From contig CBDEVR010000002.1 of assembly GCA_965243745.1 (NCBI GenBank), forward strand, positions 1,108,226 through 1,172,225: DNA of 64,000 nucleotides, in the 5' to 3' direction. A program made the position numbers and the translations under genes. Below are positions 1-11,784 of this stretch, piece after piece. This DNA is from Dehalococcoidia bacterium. Lineage in GTDB: Bacteria > Chloroflexota > Dehalococcoidia > Lucifugimonadales > Australimonadaceae. A model generated the notes under the pieces. It ran no database searches and was not told the DNA's origin. It worked only from the letters and a program-made list of their open reading frames with translations. How positions within the stretch are numbered: position 1 is the stretch's first letter; each line of letters begins with the position of its first letter.

Positions 1-754
1 AGATCCAGAAGAGGTGCTGCCAGAGCAGCGGGTCCGCGCCCGCGCCCGCGGTGTCGAAGAAGTTCGTTCCGAAGAAGCGGTCGAACAGGAGGAGGGTGAG
101 GGCGATGGTGAGGGGCGGGAAGGCGAAGATGATGAGGAAGGAGACGATGAGCGTCATCCAGGGGAAGAGGGGCATGCGCATGAGGGTCATGCCCGGCGCG
201 CGCATGTTGAGGATGGTGATGACGAAGTTGAAGCCCGCCGCCGTGGTGCCGATACCCATGATCTGGAGGCCGAGCACCCAGTAGTCGGTGCTGCTGGAGA
301 GGGTGTACTCGGAGGTGGTGAGCGGCGCGTAGCCGAACCATCCCACGTCCGGGAAGGCAGCCTTGAAGAAGCTGAAGTTCATGAGGATGGCGCCGAAGAT
401 GAAGAGCCAGTAGCTGAGGGCGTTCAGCCTCGGGAACGCGACGTCGCGCGCACCGATCATGAGGGGCACGAGGAAGTTGAAGAAGGCCGCTCCGGCAGGC
501 ATGACGACCATGAAGACCATGGTGGTGCCGTGCATGGTGAAGAGGGCGTTGAAGGTGCCCGCGTCCACGAACGCGCTCTCCGGCTGGGCCAGTTGGACGC
601 GCATGAGGAGCGCCTCGATGCCGCCGATGAGGAAGAAGATGAAGGCGGACACCCCGTAGAGGATGCCGATGCGCTTGTGGTCAACGGTGGTGATCCATCC
701 CCATACGCCTTCTGTGGAGACGGGGCGCTTGAGGATGCCTATGTTCGCTGCCAT
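1..754 (-). CDS. ctaD: cytochrome c oxidase subunit I (heme-copper oxidase), N-terminal ~251 codons; gene runs off the window start
   Basis: My translation of the minus strand from the ATG (rc of cat 752-754) gives MAANIGILKRPVSTEGVWGWITTVDHKRIGILYG...FTMHGTTMVFMVVMP...DPLLWQHLFWI, a canonical subunit I N-terminus. It is absent from the ORF track because no stop lies inside the window. The + strand ORF 14..820 is its antisense artefact. Confidence 0.93.
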   Translation of the reverse strand, partial: MAANIGILKRPVSTEGVWGWITTVDHKRIGILYGVSAFIFFLIGGIEALLMRVQLAQPESAFVDAGTFNALFTMHGTTMVFMVVMPAGAAFFNFLVPLMIGARDVAFPRLNALSYWLFIFGAILMNFSFFKAAFPDVGWFGYAPLTTSEYTLSSSTDYWVLGLQIMGIGTTAAGFNFVITILNMRAPGMTLMRMPLFPWMTLIVSFLIIFAFPPLTIALTLLLFDRFFGTNFFDTAGAGADPLLWQHLFWI

Positions 755-792
755 CGTATGCCTTCTCTCTCGGTCGCTACGCTTCCTTCAGG

Positions 793-1932
793 CTACCGCA
801 ATTTGAGGCTCTTGAGGTAGGCCACCACCTGGTCAACCTGGGCCTCCGTGAGCTGGTCCACGTTGGGGTCTCCGACGTAGAACGTGGGCATGGCGTTGGT
901 GGTATCGAGAACGGGCTTGATGCTCCGGATGTCGGCGACCCACGCCTTCACGTTCTCGGTCGAGCTGTCGAGGATGCCCGCACCCACCGTGGCGCGGTCG
1001 CCGAAGAGGGTGAGGTTGGGGCCTATCTCCTCGGTGGAGACGCCGTTGATGGTGTGGCACCGGGCGCAGAAGTTTGTGAACACGCGCGCGCCCGCGGCCT
1101 CGGTACTGCCCGCCTCGGGCTCCACGGGGTCGGCGTTCATGTTCTCGACCCAGCGGTCGAAGTCGGCGTGGGAGTCCACGTGAACCCGGAAGCGCATGAG
1201 CGCGTGGGCGGAGCCGCAGAACTCGGCGCACTGGCCGTAGTAGGTGCCGATCTCCGTTGCGGTGAACTTCTCCAGGTCGTTGATCCTGCCGGGCACCATG
1301 TCCGTCTTGCCGACGAGCTGCGGCACCCAGAAGGAGTGGATGACGTCCTTGGCCTCGAGGGAGATGACGATCTGGCGACCGACCGGGATGCGGAGCTCAT
1401 TGGCGGTGACGAGGTCTCCGCCGTCCGGGCCGAGGCCGGGGTAGCGGAACTCGAACCACCACTGGTGTCCGATGGCCTCCACGTGGAGAGCGTCTTCCTC
1501 CGGGTCAGCCGTCGTGCCCGCGATCCAGACGATGGTGGGGATGGCGATGGCGACGAGGATGAGGATGGGGATGACCGTCCAGGTGATCTCCAGCGTGGTG
1601 TTGCCGTGGATCTGCTGGGCTACGTGGCCCGGGCGCTCGCGGTACTTCCAGAGGATGTAGGCCATCGCCGCGAGGACGAGGAAGCCGACGATGCTGGCGG
1701 CGACGATGACGAAGATGTAGATGGTGTGGACGCGCTGTGTGGCGTCGGAGCGGGGCTCGAACGTGGTGAGCGGGGTGTCGCAGGCGGCGATGAGGGCGAC
1801 AAGCACGGCGGCGGCAGGTGCGATGAAGAGGAGCCGCCGGAGGGTCGCTGCGAGCTTCTGTGGATGAGCGGTAGTGGTTGTCACGTTCGTTGCGTATCCC
1901 CGCGCCAGTGGGGCGATTGTTACGCATATCAC
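793..1932 (-). CDS. ctaC: cytochrome c oxidase subunit II with fused C-terminal cytochrome c domain (caa3-type)
   Basis: Has the CuA motif CAEFCGSAHALM, the TM helix-2 motif LEITWTVIP and the C-terminal heme c site CARCH. Lies directly upstream of ctaD. The start is uncertain: an internal GTG before a lipobox-like LIAAC is possible. Confidence 0.9.
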   Translation of the reverse strand: MICVTIAPLARGYATNVTTTTAHPQKLAATLRRLLFIAPAAAVLVALIAACDTPLTTFEPRSDATQRVHTIYIFVIVAASIVGFLVLAAMAYILWKYRERPGHVAQQIHGNTTLEITWTVIPILILVAIAIPTIVWIAGTTADPEEDALHVEAIGHQWWFEFRYPGLGPDGGDLVTANELRIPVGRQIVISLEAKDVIHSFWVPQLVGKTDMVPGRINDLEKFTATEIGTYYGQCAEFCGSAHALMRFRVHVDSHADFDRWVENMNADPVEPEAGSTEAAGARVFTNFCARCHTINGVSTEEIGPNLTLFGDRATVGAGILDSSTENVKAWVADIRSIKPVLDTTNAMPTFYVGDPNVDQLTEAQVDQVVAYLKSLKLR

Positions 1933-1995
1933 AGACGAGGCGCGGGGGTCAAGCGCGCAGGAGTGCAGCGGGCGGAAGGAGGCCGTCCGTTGCGG

Positions 1996-2025
1996 TTGAC
2001 ACCAGACGAGCAGGCTGCATATACT
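1996..2025 (+). promoter_or_regulatory. sigma70-type promoter of the 23S rRNA operon
   Basis: TTGACA (1996-2001), an 18-nt spacer, then TATACT (2020-2025), about 210 nt upstream of the mature 23S 5' end. Confidence 0.6.
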
Positions 2026-2129
2026 GACCAGACCGCCATCTGGGGAGGCTTACGTAGCCACATGGGGACTTCTTCGTAATGGCAGTGCCAGTGAGCACGT
2101 AGGACCGATCCGGCGTTGCATTGCTACCG

Positions 2130-2163
2130 AAAGGCGGTGGCGCGCCAAGGTGCCACCGCCTTT
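2130..2163 (+). other. rRNA leader hairpin (12-bp perfect stem)
   Basis: aaaggcggtggc / gccaccgccttt around a 10-nt loop. The gccaccgcc motif recurs before each downstream tRNA (about 5280 and 5409). Confidence 0.5.
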
Positions 2164-2198
2164 GCACGTTAACAAGGGAATATCGAGCGAGTACGAGC
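2159..2198 (+). other. 5' half of the 23S processing helix (RNase III-type stem)
   Basis: cctttgcacgttaacaagggaatatcgagcgagtacgagc is largely complementary to 5232..5278 (gctcctgctcctctgctcgttcgatatcccttgttagcgcgcaaagg). Confidence 0.65.
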
Positions 2199-2234
2199 CA
2201 AGGAAGGTTCGCAGCGACTGCGAACCGAGCGTGA

Positions 2235-5225
<2,991 letters not shown>

Positions 5226-5231
5226 ATATAC

Positions 5232-5278
5232 GCTCCTGCTCCTCTGCTCGTTCGATATCCCTTGTTAGCGCGCAAAGG
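5232..5278 (+). other. 3' half of the 23S processing helix
   Basis: Complementary to 2159..2198 (see that feature). Confidence 0.65.
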
Positions 5279-5313
5279 CGCCACCGCCCCTCCTGTGTTT
5301 CCAGCGTCTTCGG

Positions 5314-5388
5314 TGCGGGGTGGAGCAGTGGCAGCTCGTCGGGCTCATAACCCGAAGGTCCCAGGTTCGAGTCCTGGCCCCGCTACCA
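5314..5388 (+). tRNA. initiator tRNA-Met (anticodon CAT), copy 1, CCA encoded
   Basis: Cloverleaf folded by eye. Acceptor tgcgggg/ccccgct has a U1-U72 mismatch, the D stem has A11:U24, the anticodon stem has three consecutive G-C pairs (tcggg CTCATAA cccga), and the T arm is ccagg ttcgagt cctgg. Very close to E. coli tRNA-fMet. Confidence 0.92.
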
Positions 5389-5455
5389 ACTTTCCAGCGC
5401 GCAAAGGCGCCACCGCCGCTGACCTCTCTTCCAGGGAGAGAGCCAGCGTCTTCGG

Positions 5456-5532
5456 TGCGGGGTGGAGCAGTGGCTTAGCTCGTCGGGCTCATAACCCGAA
5501 GGTCCCAGGTTCGAGTCCTGGCCCCGCTACCA
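5456..5532 (+). tRNA. initiator tRNA-Met (anticodon CAT), copy 2, CCA encoded
   Basis: Identical to copy 1 except for a 2-nt longer D loop (agtggctta versus agtggca). Confidence 0.9.
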
Positions 5533-5547
5533 ACTTTCCTTTTCCAG

Positions 5548-5570
5548 CGCCCCGCAACGGGGCGTTTCCT
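5548..5570 (+). terminator. intrinsic terminator of the 23S-tRNA operon
   Basis: cgccccg caa cggggcg hairpin followed by tttcct. Confidence 0.6.
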
Positions 5571-5657
5571 GCTTAATCCCGCTCGGTTGCACCTAGACAT
5601 CCCCGTTCAGCCCTGTGCTACGCTCCCCACGACCCGTTCGGTCGAAGGAGCCGCGCC

Positions 5658-6053
5658 ATGGAATACGCAGGCCGCCTGCACCGTTTCGCGGCGTTCGTTA
5701 TAGACGTCATCGTCATCTCGGCGGTCATCGGCGTCCTGAGTGCGATCGGCGTCATCGACCTTGGCGACCCCAGCACCACCGACCAGGTCCTCGAAGCCGT
5801 CATCACCCTTGGCTACTACATCTTGCTCACCGCCGCGTTCGGGGCCACGCTGGGGAAGATGGCGCTTGGGATGAGGGTGGTCGAGGAGAGCGGCCAGAAC
5901 GCGGGCTTCTTCAAAGTGCTCATCAGGGAGACCATCGGGAAACTCGTATCAGCCATAGTCCTGTTCATCGGTTTCATCTGGATCCTGTTCGACGACAAGC
6001 GGCAGGGCTGGCACGACAAGATAGGTGGAACGTTCGTGGTGAAGGCGCGATAG
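5658..6053 (+). CDS. RDD family membrane protein
   Basis: N-terminal YAGRLHRFAAFVIDVIV and C-terminal RQGWHDKIGGTFVV, the RDD-domain pattern. Three hydrophobic segments. SD gaaggag upstream. Confidence 0.8.
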   Translation: MEYAGRLHRFAAFVIDVIVISAVIGVLSAIGVIDLGDPSTTDQVLEAVITLGYYILLTAAFGATLGKMALGMRVVEESGQNAGFFKVLIRETIGKLVSAIVLFIGFIWILFDDKRQGWHDKIGGTFVVKAR

Positions 6054-6119
6054 GCGTCATCACCACCCAGGGTCCCGGAGCCATAGCAATCCCGGCAAGG
6101 TCGGGGAAGGAGTAGCACC

Positions 6120-6578
6120 ATGGAGTACGCAAGCCGCCTGCAACGTTTCATCGCATTCGTGATCGATGCCATCGTCCTGGCTGTCATCCTCGGGATCCTG
6201 ACCGCGATAGGGATCATCGATTTCGCTCTCACCGAAGAGGGTGAAGTTTCCAGGACAGACAACCTCATCCAGGCACTCATCGTGGTGGCCTACTACGTCA
6301 TCCTCACCGTTGCCTTCGGCGCCACGCTGGGCAAGATGGCGATGGGCATGAAGGTAGTAGACAGCGACGGCAACAGGGCCGGAGCCGGCCCCGTGCTCAT
6401 CAGAGAGGTCCTCGCGCGAGCGGTGGGCGGCCTCCTCACCGTTGTGGTAGGCGCAAGCATCGGCCAGCTGGTGGGATTTGTCGTCGCCATCATCATCGTC
6501 ATCATGATCCTGTTCGACGAGAGGCGGCAGGGCCTGCACGACAAGGCCGGCGGAACGTTTGTGGTGAAGGCGCGGTAG
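6120..6578 (+). CDS. RDD family membrane protein (paralog)
   Basis: YASRLQRFIAFVIDAIV ... RRQGLHDKAGGTFVV. Paralog of 5658..6053. Confidence 0.8.
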   Translation: MEYASRLQRFIAFVIDAIVLAVILGILTAIGIIDFALTEEGEVSRTDNLIQALIVVAYYVILTVAFGATLGKMAMGMKVVDSDGNRAGAGPVLIREVLARAVGGLLTVVVGASIGQLVGFVVAIIIVIMILFDERRQGLHDKAGGTFVVKAR

Positions 6579-6622
6579 CGTCCGCGGGAACGGCCACCCA
6601 GCGCCCCACAACCGCATATGGG

Positions 6623-6660
6623 GAACGGCAGCACGTTCGCATCGTGCTGCCGTTCTGCTT
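6623..6660. terminator. bidirectional hairpin terminator between convergent genes
   Basis: gaacggcagcacg ttcgcat cgtgctgccgttc (13-bp stem) followed by tgcttt. Confidence 0.6.
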
Positions 6661-7241
6661 TAAGTCGTGGAGCCGATGCCCAGCACGTCCATGTGGAACC
6701 ACTGCCACGGGCCGAACTCCAGCACGTGCAGCACGTACTCCTGCGGCAGCTTCACCGCGAGCAGCAGGAGCAGCACGAGCGCGAGGCTGAAGTAGCCGCG
6801 CACCTCGAACCGGCGGAACCGGCCTGCGGTCGCCAGGTGGTAGAGGAAGAACAGCTCGAACAGGTTGGGGAAGACGAACAGCACCCAGCGGGCGCTCGTG
6901 ACCTCCAGGACGACCACTCCGGCGACGCGGTAGCAGAAGAGCGCTAGGCTCGTGAACCGGGCGAGGCGGTTCTCCCACTGCAGCGAGACGGCGGCGGCGA
7001 AGGCGAGCATGTAGGTGTCCAGCAGCTTGTCGGCAGAGGTGTAGTCGGAGAAGTCGCCCACGCCGATCAGGCCGATGATGACGACGTCCATGGCGTCGGC
7101 GACGATGGCAGCGATCATGCCGCCGACCGGCCAACGGACGATGGCGACCGGCACCGCAAGACGGATGAGGATGGCAACGATGGGGCCCACTACGCTCCTG
7201 CGGCTGTCCAGCGGGATAGAATCCCCGCAACCGTAGCACAC
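6660..7241 (-). CDS. hypothetical polytopic membrane protein
   Basis: Long ORF with 5-6 hydrophobic helices and coding-like third-position GC. No family recognised. A GTG at 7190 preceded by aggag is the more likely start (177 aa). Confidence 0.55.
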   Translation of the reverse strand: MCYGCGDSIPLDSRRSVVGPIVAILIRLAVPVAIVRWPVGGMIAAIVADAMDVVIIGLIGVGDFSDYTSADKLLDTYMLAFAAAVSLQWENRLARFTSLALFCYRVAGVVVLEVTSARWVLFVFPNLFELFFLYHLATAGRFRRFEVRGYFSLALVLLLLLAVKLPQEYVLHVLEFGPWQWFHMDVLGIGSTT

Positions 7242-7255
7242 ACGGGAGGTTCGCC

Positions 7256-7852
7256 ATGCCGGATTTCTTCGAGGTCGTCCGCAGCCAACGGGGCACCGTC
7301 TACTACAAGCCCGATCCGATACCGGACGACGTGCTGGATCAGGTGCTGGAGGCGGCGACGCGCGCGCCGAGCGGCAGCAACCGCCAGCCGTGGCGGTTCA
7401 TCGTGCTGCGCGACCGCGAGGTGAAGCGCCGCATGGGTGAGTTGTACCTGGAGGCGCAGCGCCGCATGACGGGCGGAACCTCGGCCAGCGCGCCCGGGGA
7501 GACGCCCGCACACTTCAGCGGCGCGATGGAGGACGTACCGGCGCTGGTGATGTTCTGCGTCGAGCGATGGCAGATGCGCGGCAGCGAGTCGTATCGCGGG
7601 GCGTCGATCTACCCGGCGGCGCAGAACCTGATGCTCGCCGCGGCGGCATTCGGGCTCGGCACACGCCTCACGACGGTGTGGCAGCACTGCTACGAGGACA
7701 TGGCGTCTCTGCTGGACGTGCCGGACGAGTGGGAGATGATGGCGCTCATCCCGGTAGGGTATCCCGCGCCGCCGGACCACCTGGGCGGCAGCCGGCGCAA
7801 GCCGGTGTCCGAGGTGACGTTCCACGACCGGTGGGGGAACACGGGGGCGTAA
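7256..7852 (+). CDS. nitroreductase family protein
   Basis: The APSGSNRQPWRFIVL motif is typical of FMN nitroreductases. SD gggagg upstream. Confidence 0.85.
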   Translation: MPDFFEVVRSQRGTVYYKPDPIPDDVLDQVLEAATRAPSGSNRQPWRFIVLRDREVKRRMGELYLEAQRRMTGGTSASAPGETPAHFSGAMEDVPALVMFCVERWQMRGSESYRGASIYPAAQNLMLAAAAFGLGTRLTTVWQHCYEDMASLLDVPDEWEMMALIPVGYPAPPDHLGGSRRKPVSEVTFHDRWGNTGA

Positions 7853-7858
7853 GAGAGG

Positions 7859-9001
7859 CTACTCCGCCATGGCGGCGGCGACGGTCTCGACCTCTTCGAG
7901 AAGCGCGCCGAGCATGTCGGCCTCCTCGACGATGCGCGCCTTCTGGCCCTTGCGGAAGATGATGGCGCGCCCGTTCCCGGCGGCGATGCCGACGTCCGCG
8001 TCCTTCGCTTCGCCGGGGCCGTTCACCTCGCAGCCCATCACGGCGACCTTCACAGAGGTGTCCATGCCCTTGAGCATCTCGTCGACGGTGTTGGCGAGCT
8101 TGCGGATGTCCACGTCGGCACGCCCGCAGGAAGGGCAGGCGACCATCTGGACGCCCTTCTTACGCAGGTCCAGCGCCTTCAGGATCTCGTAGCCGACCTC
8201 GACCTCCTCCCGCGAGTCGTCGCTGAGCGAGACGCGGATGGTGTCGCCGATGCCGTCGTAGAGAAGCGTTCCGAGGCCGATGGCGCTGCGTATGGAGCCC
8301 GAGCGTGCGGTGCCGGCCTCGGTGATGCCGAGGTGGAAGGGGTACGGCACCATCTTCGCGAGCTTGCGGTACGCCTCGACGGTGGTGTCGATGTCGTAGG
8401 CCTTGAGCGATATCTTGATGAGGTCGAAGTCGAGGTCCTCCAGCAACTGTATCTCCCAGAGCCCGGTCGCGACCATGTGGTCGACGACGGAGACCTCCTC
8501 GCCCTCGCCGGAGGCCGACGAGCCCTTGACGAGGCGGTTGACGCCGTCGGCGTGGCGGTGCTGGCCGCGCGTGACGCCTATCGCGCCGACGGGGGGCAGG
8601 CTGCCGAAGTTGACGCCGATGCGGATGGGGGTCTGGCGGGCCTTCGCCTCCCGCACCACGGTGCGCACCTTCTCGGCGTCGCGGATGTTGCCGGGGTTGA
8701 GACGCAGGCAGTCGACGCCCTGGTTGAGCGCCTCGAGCGCGAGCTGGTAGTGGAAGTGGATGTCGGCGACGATGGGGATGGAGACCTGGCGCTTGATGGC
8801 GCCGAGCGCCTGCGCTGCCTCCATGTCCGGGACGGCGCAGCGGATGATCTCGCAGCCGACCTCTTCGAGGCCGTGTATCTGCGCGACCGTGGCCTCGACG
8901 TCACGGGTGTCGGTCTTGGTCATGGACTGGACGCTGACGGGAGCGTCCCCGCCGATCTTGACGTCTCCCACCCACACAGGTTTGGTTACGCGGCGTGCCA
9001 T
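7859..9001 (-). CDS. ispG: 4-hydroxy-3-methylbut-2-en-1-yl diphosphate synthase (MEP pathway)
   Basis: MARRVTKPVWVGDVKIGGDAPVSVQSMTKTDT..., CPSCGR and GCEVNGPGE cluster ligands. I trimmed the track ORF (to 9280) to the ATG at 9001, where homology-like sequence begins. Confidence 0.93.
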   Translation of the reverse strand: MARRVTKPVWVGDVKIGGDAPVSVQSMTKTDTRDVEATVAQIHGLEEVGCEIIRCAVPDMEAAQALGAIKRQVSIPIVADIHFHYQLALEALNQGVDCLRLNPGNIRDAEKVRTVVREAKARQTPIRIGVNFGSLPPVGAIGVTRGQHRHADGVNRLVKGSSASGEGEEVSVVDHMVATGLWEIQLLEDLDFDLIKISLKAYDIDTTVEAYRKLAKMVPYPFHLGITEAGTARSGSIRSAIGLGTLLYDGIGDTIRVSLSDDSREEVEVGYEILKALDLRKKGVQMVACPSCGRADVDIRKLANTVDEMLKGMDTSVKVAVMGCEVNGPGEAKDADVGIAAGNGRAIIFRKGQKARIVEEADMLGALLEEVETVAAAMAE

Positions 9002-9339
9002 GCTCGGCTCCTCGGGTTGCTGGCAACCATGATACACCCCACGAACGGCGTGGGGCGTGAGGCAGGCCCAGCCCTCCCTGTCGAACTGTGACACGCGCCC
9101 ATTTCGCGGTCGTGCCTGCCTCACGTACCCTGTCCCTGGCGGACAACCGACCGGGGACCGCAGCCCCCGTCCCCGGAGACCCCCTGGTGCAGATCGTTGC
9201 ATTTCTGTTGCGTCACCGTTGCCTTCTGTACGCATCCACGGTGCGGAGCGCAGCCCGTTCGTTGCGCGGAGCAAGGCCACCTACGAGTGAGAGCAACGCG
9301 TTGCAACAGAAAACAGAAAACGCGGCAGGACGCCCGGGT

Positions 9340-10620
9340 TCATGCGAACAGGCGCTGGATGTCGTTTACGGAGATCATGACGATCGCCATGATGAGGAGG
9401 GCGAAACCGGCGGCGTGGACGAAACGCTCCTTCTCCGGCGCGAGGCGGCGCCCGCCCCGCACGATCTCCACCAGCACGAACGCGATGCGGCCGCCGTCCA
9501 GCGCGGGGAACGGGATGAGGTTGATGATCGCGAGGTTGATGGAGAGGAGCGCCGTCCAGAGGACGAGAGGGCTTATGCCGGACTCGGCCACGTCCCCCGT
9601 CATCTGCGCGATGCCGATGGGCCCGGCGACCTGGATGGAGGACGCCCCGGCTATCCAGCGCGAGACCTCGTTGCGGAAGAGGACGAATATCTCGCCGATC
9701 TGGGCGAAACTGGCGCGGAAAGCCGACAACGGGCCCATCGAGCGCGTCTCCTCGGGGTAAACCTGGACGGCCAGACCGTCGAGCGCGCTCTCGTCCGGCG
9801 GCAGCCCCAGCGTCACGATGCCGCCGCCGCGCAGCACTTCCACCGGCACCGGTTCGGCGGGCGAGTCCTGCACCGTGGCAGCGAGGGCGGCCTGCGGGCT
9901 GCCCTCGTGCAGCACACGTCTATCGCCCACCGAGAGGAGGAGGTCGTCCGGCAGCAGGCCCCCCGCCTCAGCGGGCGAGCCGGAGGCGACTGACGCAACG
10001 GTGAGCCGGGCGTCGGTCAGGAAGATGCCGACGGAACCCTGCCCCTCCGGCGGGTCGACGCGTACGTCCGGTATGTGAAGCGCAACGAGCCGCCCGCGCC
10101 GCTCCACCGTCCATGCCGAGTCCGCGCCCAGGCGGACGTTGATGGCGATGAGGAGGTCCGACGAGTTGACGATACGCCTGCCGTCAGCCTCGCGGACGAG
10201 GTCGCCCGCCGCCACGCCCGCCTGCTCCGCAGGCGATCCCGGCGCGACGCTGAGGACGGCAACATCGGTCACCGGCACGGGTTGCGGGGTCATGAACACG
10301 ACGGTGAGCAGGACGACAGGGAGGACGGCGTTCATCGCGGAGCCCGCACCGAGGATGAAGAGCCGCATCGGGGCGCTCTTGCCGGCGAAGCTCGCAGGCG
10401 CGGTGGGGTCGTCCTCGCCAAGCATCCGCACGAAGCCGCCGAACGGCAGGAGGTTGAGCGAGTACGTCGTTCCGCCGCGCGTGAAGCCGAATACGCGGGG
10501 CGGCAGCCCGACGCCGAACTCGAGCACCTGCACCCGGGCGAGTCTCGCAGCGAAGAAGTGCCCCAACTCATGGGCGATGACGAGGGAGCCGAGGACGACG
10601 AGGAAGAGGAGCACCGTCAT
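9340..10620 (-). CDS. rseP: RIP site-2 metalloprotease (M50, RseP-like) with PDZ domains
   Basis: HELGHF (HExxH) in TM1 and NLIPFPALDGG near the C-terminus, with central PDZ-like segments. Confidence 0.9.
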   Translation of the reverse strand: MTVLLFLVVLGSLVIAHELGHFFAARLARVQVLEFGVGLPPRVFGFTRGGTTYSLNLLPFGGFVRMLGEDDPTAPASFAGKSAPMRLFILGAGSAMNAVLPVVLLTVVFMTPQPVPVTDVAVLSVAPGSPAEQAGVAAGDLVREADGRRIVNSSDLLIAINVRLGADSAWTVERRGRLVALHIPDVRVDPPEGQGSVGIFLTDARLTVASVASGSPAEAGGLLPDDLLLSVGDRRVLHEGSPQAALAATVQDSPAEPVPVEVLRGGGIVTLGLPPDESALDGLAVQVYPEETRSMGPLSAFRASFAQIGEIFVLFRNEVSRWIAGASSIQVAGPIGIAQMTGDVAESGISPLVLWTALLSINLAIINLIPFPALDGGRIAFVLVEIVRGGRRLAPEKERFVHAAGFALLIMAIVMISVNDIQRLFA

Positions 10621-10641
10621 GGCGCGGTCTCAGGCTGCGCG

Positions 10642-11766
10642 TCAGGCGACGCCCGCCGCTGCAGCCGCCTCCCGGCGGGCCCAGGCGTCGGCCTCGAGCA
10701 CGGCCTCGGGAGTCGAGGCGTCGAACGGCTCGTGCCTGTCGAGCACGCTCTCCACGATGCGGTGGATGTCGCCGAAGCCGATGCGGCCGTCGAGGAAGTA
10801 GTGAACCGCCTCCTCGTCGGCGGCGCTGAGCACGGCCGGGTAGGTCTGCTCCCTGCGCCCCGCCTGCACCGCGGTGGCGAAGCAGGGGTAGCGCGCAGGG
10901 TCCAGCGGCTCGAACGTGAGCGACGGCCACGCGAGCGGGTCGTAGCGGGGCAGGTTGCCGTTGTCGAGGCGGGCGGGGTAAGCGAGCGCGGCCTGTATGG
11001 GGAGCCGCATGTCCGGCGGGCCCATCTGCGCCTTCACCGAGCCGTCCGCGCACTCGATCATGGAGTGGATGACGCTCTGCGGGTGGACGACGACCTCGAT
11101 GCGGTCGAACGGGATGTCGAAGAGCCAGCGGCTCTCGATGACCTCGAAGCCCTTGTTCATCAGCGTGGAGGAATCGATCGTGATCTTGCGTCCCATGACC
11201 CAGGTGGGGTGCGCGAGCGCCTCGTCGGGGGTGACGCCGGCGATCTCGTCCAGGGGCCGCGTTCGGAACGGGCCGCCGGAGGCGGTGATGATGAGTTTCC
11301 GCACCGGCTCGTCCTCGCCGCGCATGCACTGCCAGATGGCGGACGGTTCGCTATCGACGGGCAAGAGCGGCGCTCCGTGCTTCGCGGCGACGCGGGTGAC
11401 GAGCTCGCCCGCCATGACGACGACCTCCTTGTTGGAGAGCGCGACCGTCTTCCCTGCGCGGAGCGCGTTGAGTGTAGGAACGAGGCCCGCGCGGCCCGTC
11501 GTCGCGACCATCACGAGGTCGACGTCCGGCCCGGTCACCATCTCCTCGGGCGGCACGAGCGAAGCGCCGTCACCTCCTACAGTCTCGCGGCCCTCTTCCG
11601 ACCAGACCATGCGCGGCTGGAACTCCTCGACCTGTTGGGCGAGCAGGCCGAGGTTGCGCCCCGCGGACAGCCCCGCAACGCGGAAGTCGCCCGGCAGCGC
11701 ACGCACCACGTCGAGCGTCTGCGTGCCGATGGAGCCGGTTGAGCCGAGTACGACGATGTTCTTCAT
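10642..11766 (-). CDS. dxr: 1-deoxy-D-xylulose 5-phosphate reductoisomerase
   Basis: MKNIVVLGSTGSIGTQTLDVV N-terminus plus conserved context next to rseP and cdsA. Confidence 0.95.
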   Translation of the reverse strand: MKNIVVLGSTGSIGTQTLDVVRALPGDFRVAGLSAGRNLGLLAQQVEEFQPRMVWSEEGRETVGGDGASLVPPEEMVTGPDVDLVMVATTGRAGLVPTLNALRAGKTVALSNKEVVVMAGELVTRVAAKHGAPLLPVDSEPSAIWQCMRGEDEPVRKLIITASGGPFRTRPLDEIAGVTPDEALAHPTWVMGRKITIDSSTLMNKGFEVIESRWLFDIPFDRIEVVVHPQSVIHSMIECADGSVKAQMGPPDMRLPIQAALAYPARLDNGNLPRYDPLAWPSLTFEPLDPARYPCFATAVQAGRREQTYPAVLSAADEEAVHYFLDGRIGFGDIHRIVESVLDRHEPFDASTPEAVLEADAWARREAAAAAGVA

Positions 11767-11784
11767 GCGTGTGTACGCTCGTCC

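Noticed and set aside
14-820. 268-aa + strand ORF rich in E/G/D/H
   Set aside because: It is antisense to the unmistakable ctaD reading frame and has low-complexity composition typical of GC-rich antisense frames.
1054-2079. 341-aa + strand ORF
   Set aside because: It is antisense to ctaC and runs into the rRNA promoter region. It has no recognisable motifs.
5226-5660. Search for a 5S rRNA downstream of the 23S
   Set aside because: There is no ~117-nt segment with 5S-like helices or loop motifs. The space is filled by the processing stem, two tRNAs and a terminator. This was judged by eye only and should be confirmed with a covariance model.
10075-11742. 555-aa + strand ORF
   Set aside because: It is antisense to rseP and dxr, which have clear catalytic motifs.
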